Source: Balamuthia mandrillaris (Eukaryota). Taken from it: DNA of 54,517 bases. Where the stretch lies: contig JAVKOQ020000096.1 of assembly GCA_031835245.2 (NCBI GenBank), forward strand, positions 124,001 through 178,517, written 5' to 3'. Of this stretch, positions 48,159-54,517 are shown piece by piece (the first letter of the stretch is position 1; every line of letters starts with the position of its first letter). The notes under the pieces were generated by a model. The model had not been told where the DNA came from and did not search any database. It was given only the letters and a program-made list of their open reading frames with translations. The position numbers and the translations under genes are program-made.

Positions 48159-50988
48159 TTACAGTTCAAACATATCAGAAGCAGCAGCTTCATGAAGGAG
48201 AACGGCCTCCTTCAACTTCCGCTCGGTGAACATAGCTCTCGCCTTATCCCCGAGGCTCTTCTGTACGTGGAACTTGGTGCAAAAGTTATGTTCAAAGTCC
48301 ACCAAGTTTTCCTGCAAGTCCTCCAAGCGGTCCATCAGCCAACCTCTTCCGCCGTCATCATCACCCCGCCTCTGTTGTTGCTGTTGTTGAGTTTGCTTTT
48401 GCAACATGGAGCGATAAGTCACCATCTGCTTCATCAACGCGACAATTCTTCGGTGCAGCTGCGCCACTTCAGCCTCATGATTTCTCTCCTCGTTGCTGTT
48501 TTGGGCTTTGCTTCGCTCCTCCAGAAGATTTGCATCATGAAGAAGACGAAAGACCTGATCCTCAAACACACGAAGTTGGTCTTGTGGAGAGAGCGATGCA
48601 GTTTGGCCGTTGCGAAGGCTTTGAAGAAAGTTGAGGTTGTCATTGAGATAACTGGCTATCTCATCGATGCGCTGATGGACGAGACGAGCTTCCTCTGTGG
48701 AGGAAAAACGAGCTCGCACAGAGAGTTGCAGTTGTCTCACTTTCTCTTTGAACAGTCTGACTTGTCCTTCTACTTGAAGAGATGCAGAGGATGAAGAGGC
48801 AGCAGAGGAGGAAGAGGAGTCGGCTTCTTCTTGTTGTTGTTGGATAGCTTCCAGAACCAACTGCTCGGCTTCCGCTTCCAGAGACCGAAGAGCTTGGCCT
48901 AAGTCATCTTGTTGATGTTTTGGTTGAGGGAGCAGAGGCTCGGAGAAGGAAGAGGGAGATGGTGAGGAAGAAGCGGAAACCTGTTGTTGTGGTTGTTGCG
49001 GTGAAGAGTGGTTTATGTCTTGAGGAAGAGTAATGACAGCGGAATCGGTATTTGGCTGAAGTGATGGATCAGGGATAGCAGGAGAAGACGAGGTAGGAGT
49101 AAAATTAGTATAAGGAGGAGGCAGGAGGGAAGCTGGCAAGATTGCAGGAGACGACAAAGTGGAAGAAGAAGCAGAGGAGGAGGAAAGAGGCAACTCAGCA
49201 TTGGTGGCGGTAGGTGGATAAGCAGTTTGTGAAGGCACCATCAACATCATCGGATGTTGTGCTGGATAGAAAGGCGCATGAACAAACGTAGGTTGTTGCT
49301 GTAGTTGTGAAGTTGATGGTGGAACATCAGACGACGACGACGAAGTTGAAGAGAAGGAAGAAGGAGGAGGAGATGGAACATAAGCGGGAGGAGGGTATGG
49401 TGATGTATACATCGGTGGTGGCATGTAGTGATAGTAAGCAGGAGGAGGAAGAAATGCGCTGGTGTTAACATTGTTGCTGTTATAGTCCAAGTCCACAAGG
49501 CAAGTGTTGTGATCCGCTACATTTAATTCTCGTTCATGATGCTCCTCTTCCTTCTCGGAGGAACCTCCTTCTTCTTCACCGCTAACAGACAACAGGATGG
49601 ACTCCTCCGCGCTCTCTGCCCATTGAAGAGCTATGCTCATCTGCTCCCTTGCTCTCAGCAACCACGTGTGCAACTTCTTCATCGCCGTCGCCGCTCCTCT
49701 CAATGAACGAATCTCAGGGTTAGGTCTTCTTCGATGCGTTCGTTGTTGTAACTGCTCCTTTTCCCATCGCAACTGCTCTACTTTTCCTAGTAATGATGAC
49801 GGAGTGGACGAAGTGGAAGAAGAAGGAAGAATGAGGTCTATTTCTCGTCGAACAGCCGCGCAAGTGCTCGAAAGCTTCTGTCGTTGCTCTGCAAGAATGC
49901 CTAAGCGAGCAGAGTCGCCACTGCAACGATCCAATCGCTGTCGAAGATGGTGCAAATAGAGCACATTGGTGCGCATGTCATCCAGCAATGCTGCCAAATA
50001 GCAGGTTTCTCCGTTGGCCAACGTTATCGCGTCTGGTAAGCCTTCTTCGCGTGGGTTCAAGACTAACGGTGGCAGCAAAAAGTTATACGAGTCCGCTTCC
50101 TCATAGTCCGACTCTTGTTGTTCCTCTCCCTCTTTGTATTTGTCCTGTCTGTACTGTTCATACGACTCTTGCTTTGCTCTTTCCTCTTCCTCTGCTTGTT
50201 GCATGGCTAGTAGGTGGCTATACGTGGCTCTGTCCATACTGGACTCTTGGTTTGACTGTAGTCATAAGGGAGCAATTAGAGGCTAGAAAGAAGCAAGAAG
50301 CAAGAAGCAAGAAGCAAGAAGCAAGAAGCAAGAAGCAAGAAGCAAGAACAAAGGAAGCAGAGAGCGAAGCAGAGGTGGACGGAAGAGAGAGATGAGAGGA
50401 AAGAACAACAACGCAAGAAGCAAGCAACGTACTTGGTGGTTCGGATCCAGAAAACGAAGCATGTACTTGCAGTGAAAGCCAGAGTCGGCCAACAGGCCCT
50501 TCAGAAAGCCCTCCAGCTCTCTCCTGCGCTCCTCCACGGTGTCAGGGTCGTTCGAGCCGAAGAGCTTCTTTGGCGGAAACGGTGGGAACCGTTTGCGAGG
50601 ATACTTTTCCTCCATCTGATGGACGATGAGGCCGAGAAGCAGCGAAGAAAGAAATGATGAGAAAGAACAAAAGACAAACCAAAAAAATAGGGGTTAAAGA
50701 AAACCAACGCACCATCGATTTAAAGTCATGCAGAGCGCTGAAACGTTTGGGAACTGCCCATGAGGAGACGCCATCGCTGATGAATATGTTGTAGACCTTT
50801 TATTTTTTCGTTGAGGAAAACACCAAAGTTACATTCATGTTGGCGGATTATTATTATGTCCAATAAAATTGGAGGGAGTGCAATGATCCACAACCAAGAA
50901 AAACAAACAAAATACGAACCGTAAAATCAGGGTTGGTGGTGGCAGAGGGTATGCTCAGCGTCCAGCCGCTCAGCCTGCGCGATGCCAT
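48159..50988 (-). CDS. PX (phox homology) domain protein with Pro/Ser-rich and coiled-coil regions, multi-exon
   Basis: VYNIFISDG.SSWAVPKRFSALHDF, FPPFPPKKLFGSNDPDTVEERRRELEGFL; large 3' exon 48159-~50250. Confidence 0.82.
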
Positions 50989-51208
50989 GGCTATGCCCGT
51001 GCACTCGCTCTCACAGCAATGATTTATCGATTCTTTTTCCCCTTTTTCGTTTGAAATTTCTCGGTCACGTCGTCCCGGAATCATCCATGTCGTCCCGGAA
51101 AATATTTTCAATTCCGCGTCGTCACGGTGATTGTGCTTTTTTCGTGTCGTCCTGGAATCAAAAAAGGCAAAGGCAGACGTAATGCAAGAATAAAGAAGAG
51201 AGAGAGCC

Positions 51209-51682
51209 ATGAAACCCACTCCTGGATGCTTTTACTGGGGTCTGCTCGTTGTCTTTGCTTTTCAGCTCCTCTTGGCGTTTGTGCTGCAACACAGCAGAGC
51301 TATGGAGCATTTCTCCCAACTTGGAGAGAGCGAGCGCGACCGTTATAGCCAAACTAATAGAATGGACAACGCGTCGTGCCCGCAGCATGTCGGCCCTCCT
51401 TGTCCTCGGTTCTACGTCAACGACATGCCGGACTATCGTCCGGGTGACCCCGTGTTCATCTCTGAAGAGTTGCGTCGCAACATGAGCGTTCGAGGCAGCC
51501 AATACCTGGAGCTCATCCTGCAAGGCGCTCCTCCTGAGCGTGACTTTGCGGATGGGTGGGACGTAATGTCTGGAAGCGCCGGTAAGTCCATTTCTCTTGT
51601 CGTTTCTTGTTGTTTCTTTCTTTCTCCTCGCTTCTTGCCGTTTCTTTCTTGTCGTTTCTTTCTTGCTTTCTTTCTTGTCGTT

Positions 51683-51750
<68 letters not shown>

Positions 51751-51753
51751 TTT

Positions 51754-51785
<32 letters not shown>

Positions 51786-51893
51786 GTCGTTTCTTTCTTT
51801 CTTTCTTGTCGTTTCTTTCTTTTCTTTCTTTCTTGTCGTTTCTTTCTTTCTTTCTTTCTTTCTTTTTCTTTCTTTCTTTCTTTTCTTTTCTTT

Positions 51894-51945
<52 letters not shown>

Positions 51946-53321
51946 TTTTCAGATGAATTATTTTTACCACTGACACAATGGTTGAAGTATAGGCAGAGCT
52001 CTTTTATTTTTTCACTTGTACAAAAATAGCGTTGAACAGGATGAACGACAAGCCAGGTCTTTCCTTGCCATTGCTGCTCGTTACATCAACTCTTCTCTTC
52101 AGGTTCAACTTTCTCTTTCTTTCTTCTCTTTCTTTGATGTTCTGACTAGTCTACAAAAGGCTGTTGAGAAGGATAACTCTGCTGAAAAGAATCAAATGGT
52201 TGGTTTCATGTACTCTGCTATAGGCCCTTACTCCGTGGCTGCTGTAGTATACGACCTACTTGGAGATGCTCCAAAGAGCCAAACATACATCTCCAGAGTG
52301 TTAGCCACCTTCAAGGAAGTGCTGAAAGGGAAACGAGCCTTTCCTGACCCCTTTGATGAAGGCAAAGCCGGGCTCCTCTTTGCTGCTTACTTCTTGAATG
52401 ATCACTTTGGAGGTAAAAGAGATGGAGCTCCTTATGTCATCCCAGAAGAGTGGTTGAACGAGTTGGCACACTCTATGTTGAGTGCTGGAGTTCGGACAGG
52501 AAACGAGACTGTGTTGAAGTGGCGTAACGTTGCTTATCCAGGTAAACGTGTATCCGTTCTTTTGTTTGTTGCTCTTTTCTTTTATTCTTACATACTTTCA
52601 TATGTTCACTTGTTCGTTCTTACTTTCTGCTTCCATATGTATTATGGTATTCTTTTCCAAAAGATGTCGTGCTATACGACCAAGGCCATGGCACATCTGG
52701 TGTTTTGTTCCAAATGATGCATCTCCCTAAGTTCATGGCCAATGCCACTGTATCAAACCTCATTCGCAGCACACTCGACTTTTTGCTAACATTGCAGTTG
52801 CCAAACGGCAACTTTCCTACTCCGACTGTTCCTCCTCTTCCAGAAGAACCGGATGTGCTTCTGCAGTGGTGTCATGGCGCTCCTGGCTATATGCCTCTCT
52901 TTACAAAGGCATGGATTCTTTACAACGACCGCCGTTATTTAAACGCTGGTACTCTCTCTTTCTTCCTTCTGTCTCTTTTCCCTCCTCATGTTTTCTGTCA
53001 GCAAAAAGAGCAGCTGAGGCAGTTTGGAAAAGAGGCTTGCTAACCAAAGGACTCATGTTGGGACATGGAGTAAGCGGTAACACCTACATGTTTCTTTACA
53101 TGTACCGCATGACCAAGGAACCCAAGTACCTCTATCAAGCTATCCGCTTTCAAGAGTACACCCTCTCTCATGCGATAATGTCGGATCCGGAGGTGATGAG
53201 GAAACCGGAACCCTCTCCTTTCATGTTTTTTGTTGGAAGTTATGCAAGTGCTGCTGTGCTTTGGTCCGACATGTTGTCCAGCTTGAAGTTGGCTTGCATG
53301 CCTGCCTTTGAAGTATGTTAA
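51209..53321 (+). CDS. LanC-like (LANCL/GCR2 family) protein with N-terminal hydrophobic anchor, multi-exon
   Basis: GKAGLL, GHGTSG, GNFP, QWCHGAPG, WKRGLLTKG..LGHGVSGN, KYLYQAIRF, MPAFE. Confidence 0.88.
51595..51950. repeat. Intronic (TTTC)n microsatellite with TTCTTGTCGT variants
   Basis: Directly visible tandem array in the LanC-like intron. Confidence 0.95.
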
Positions 53322-53477
53322 AAAGTGGGAAGAATGCACCGACTTTTTTTTGTAATCAGGTCTCTTTGCTGCCTTTTAGTACTTTTGTTTCTCTCTGAAG
53401 ATACCGAACGTTGTTTTTATGGAGGAAAGGAACACAGGTTGCAGGAGAAAAGGATGCCTGCCTTGAAGAACGGTTCT

Positions 53478-54517
53478 TCACTTCTGCTCCTGACTCTGCG
53501 GCGCCTCTTTCTGCAACATAGACTTAACCAGCAGCTTCAGCTCTTCTATTTCCACACGAGTGGTTGCCAGTTGTTGACGAGCGTCCTTCAGTTCGGCTTC
53601 CAAAGCAGCCATTTTCTCTCTGGAGGAGATCAAAGATAGGGACAAAGACACTGGTGATTGTTGGCTTTCATCACTGCTTCTCAGGTTGAGGGTCTGGCTG
53701 TCAGAAACGGTGCCTTGCAAGAAGATGTCGCCCTTCAGGAAGAGATCGCCATTCGAGTCCAGCATCATCCCTGTAAAGGACGAGTCACATAACCCTGTTA
53801 ACGGGTTGGGGTCCCCAACTCCTACCGCGAAAACTGCCTCTCCGGTGCCAAGGCTCTCCTCATCAGTAGGGTTGTTGCACCTGCCTGCCACCATGCCACC
53901 GATGGTAGAGGTCCGGATGTTGATTCCGTGGGCAAAGGATCCAGGCGCTGTTGCGGCAACGCTGTTGCCACCAAAGGCTGTTCATTCATTTTGGTTTGTG
54001 TGGTGTCATGCTCTAGCATCAGCAAGGAACTCCAGTTGTTCAGGTATCAAAACAGAGGGATGAAAAGGCTTACCCACTCCAGAGGCATGAGCACCTATGT
54101 CGGTTGCTCTGATTGTTCCATTCCATATCGCTGTCAAGAAATCGAGTACAACACAAAATAATCAACGGAGAAGAACAAGAAGGAGAAAATTAAGCCAGAA
54201 GAAGATGATGATGAGCAAGCAGAAGAATCCACAACACACATGACAAACAGAACTGGGATTAGGTGAGGGAGAACGCCACTGCTGTGACTATCCAAAAAGA
54301 AAACAGAATTGACAAACCATAACCGGTGGCAAATGCCCCTGGAGCCTTGGCAATGATAACTCCATTCAGCTGTGCTGTAGGGTGGTTGGAGTTAGTTTGG
54401 CACAAAACCTTAGGTGCAAAATAGAAAAAATAGAAGAGTAAAGAGTAAAGAGTAAGGCAGGTACCTGCACCCATGGCAATAGACCCCTCGGCTTCAGCAG
54501 TAATACCAGATCTTCCA
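53478..54517 (-). CDS. 3' part of a beta-roll (YadA-head-like) repeat protein with C-terminal coiled coil; 5' end outside the window
   Basis: Exons >54517-54465, 54374-54318, 54130-54074 and 53977-53478 splice in frame (all phase 1): ITAEAEGSIAMG / IIAKAPGAFATG / IRATDIGAHASG / VAATAPGSFAHG. Confidence 0.65.

Overview
Gene-dense, intron-rich eukaryotic nuclear DNA with GT-AG introns packed with (CT)n/(TTC)n/(TTTC)n microsatellites. Gene content and style suggest a free-living amoebozoan, e.g. Balamuthia/Acanthamoeba-like (inference). Conserved genes: tRNA-Ile(AAT), NF1-like RasGAP, CSTF1, DDX47/RRP3, UBC13, HMG-CoA reductase, THUMPD1, OXCT1, XRCC4, CENP-N-like, clathrin light chain, RUN/Rubicon-like, ASCC1, PhyH, PX protein and LanC-like. 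Accessory genes: a double-Fic ORF with an in-frame TGA, an LRR gene, an F-box/ankyrin gene, a GPS-motif membrane protein, a beta-roll repeat protein, and a 2OG-Fe(II) oxygenase disrupted by a TIR-bounded DD35D transposon. The most striking observation is a pair of ~155-165 nt paralogous candidate ncRNA genes (22338-22491, 22837-22999). Each has a DUSE-like element ~60 nt upstream and a complete tRNA cloverleaf at the tip of a long outer hairpin. The two bodies are near-identical but carry different anticodon loops (Asp GUC vs Pro UGG). A second structured element bounded by inverted repeats lies at 20205-20599. Multi-exon CDS coordinates are start-to-stop spans read by eye.
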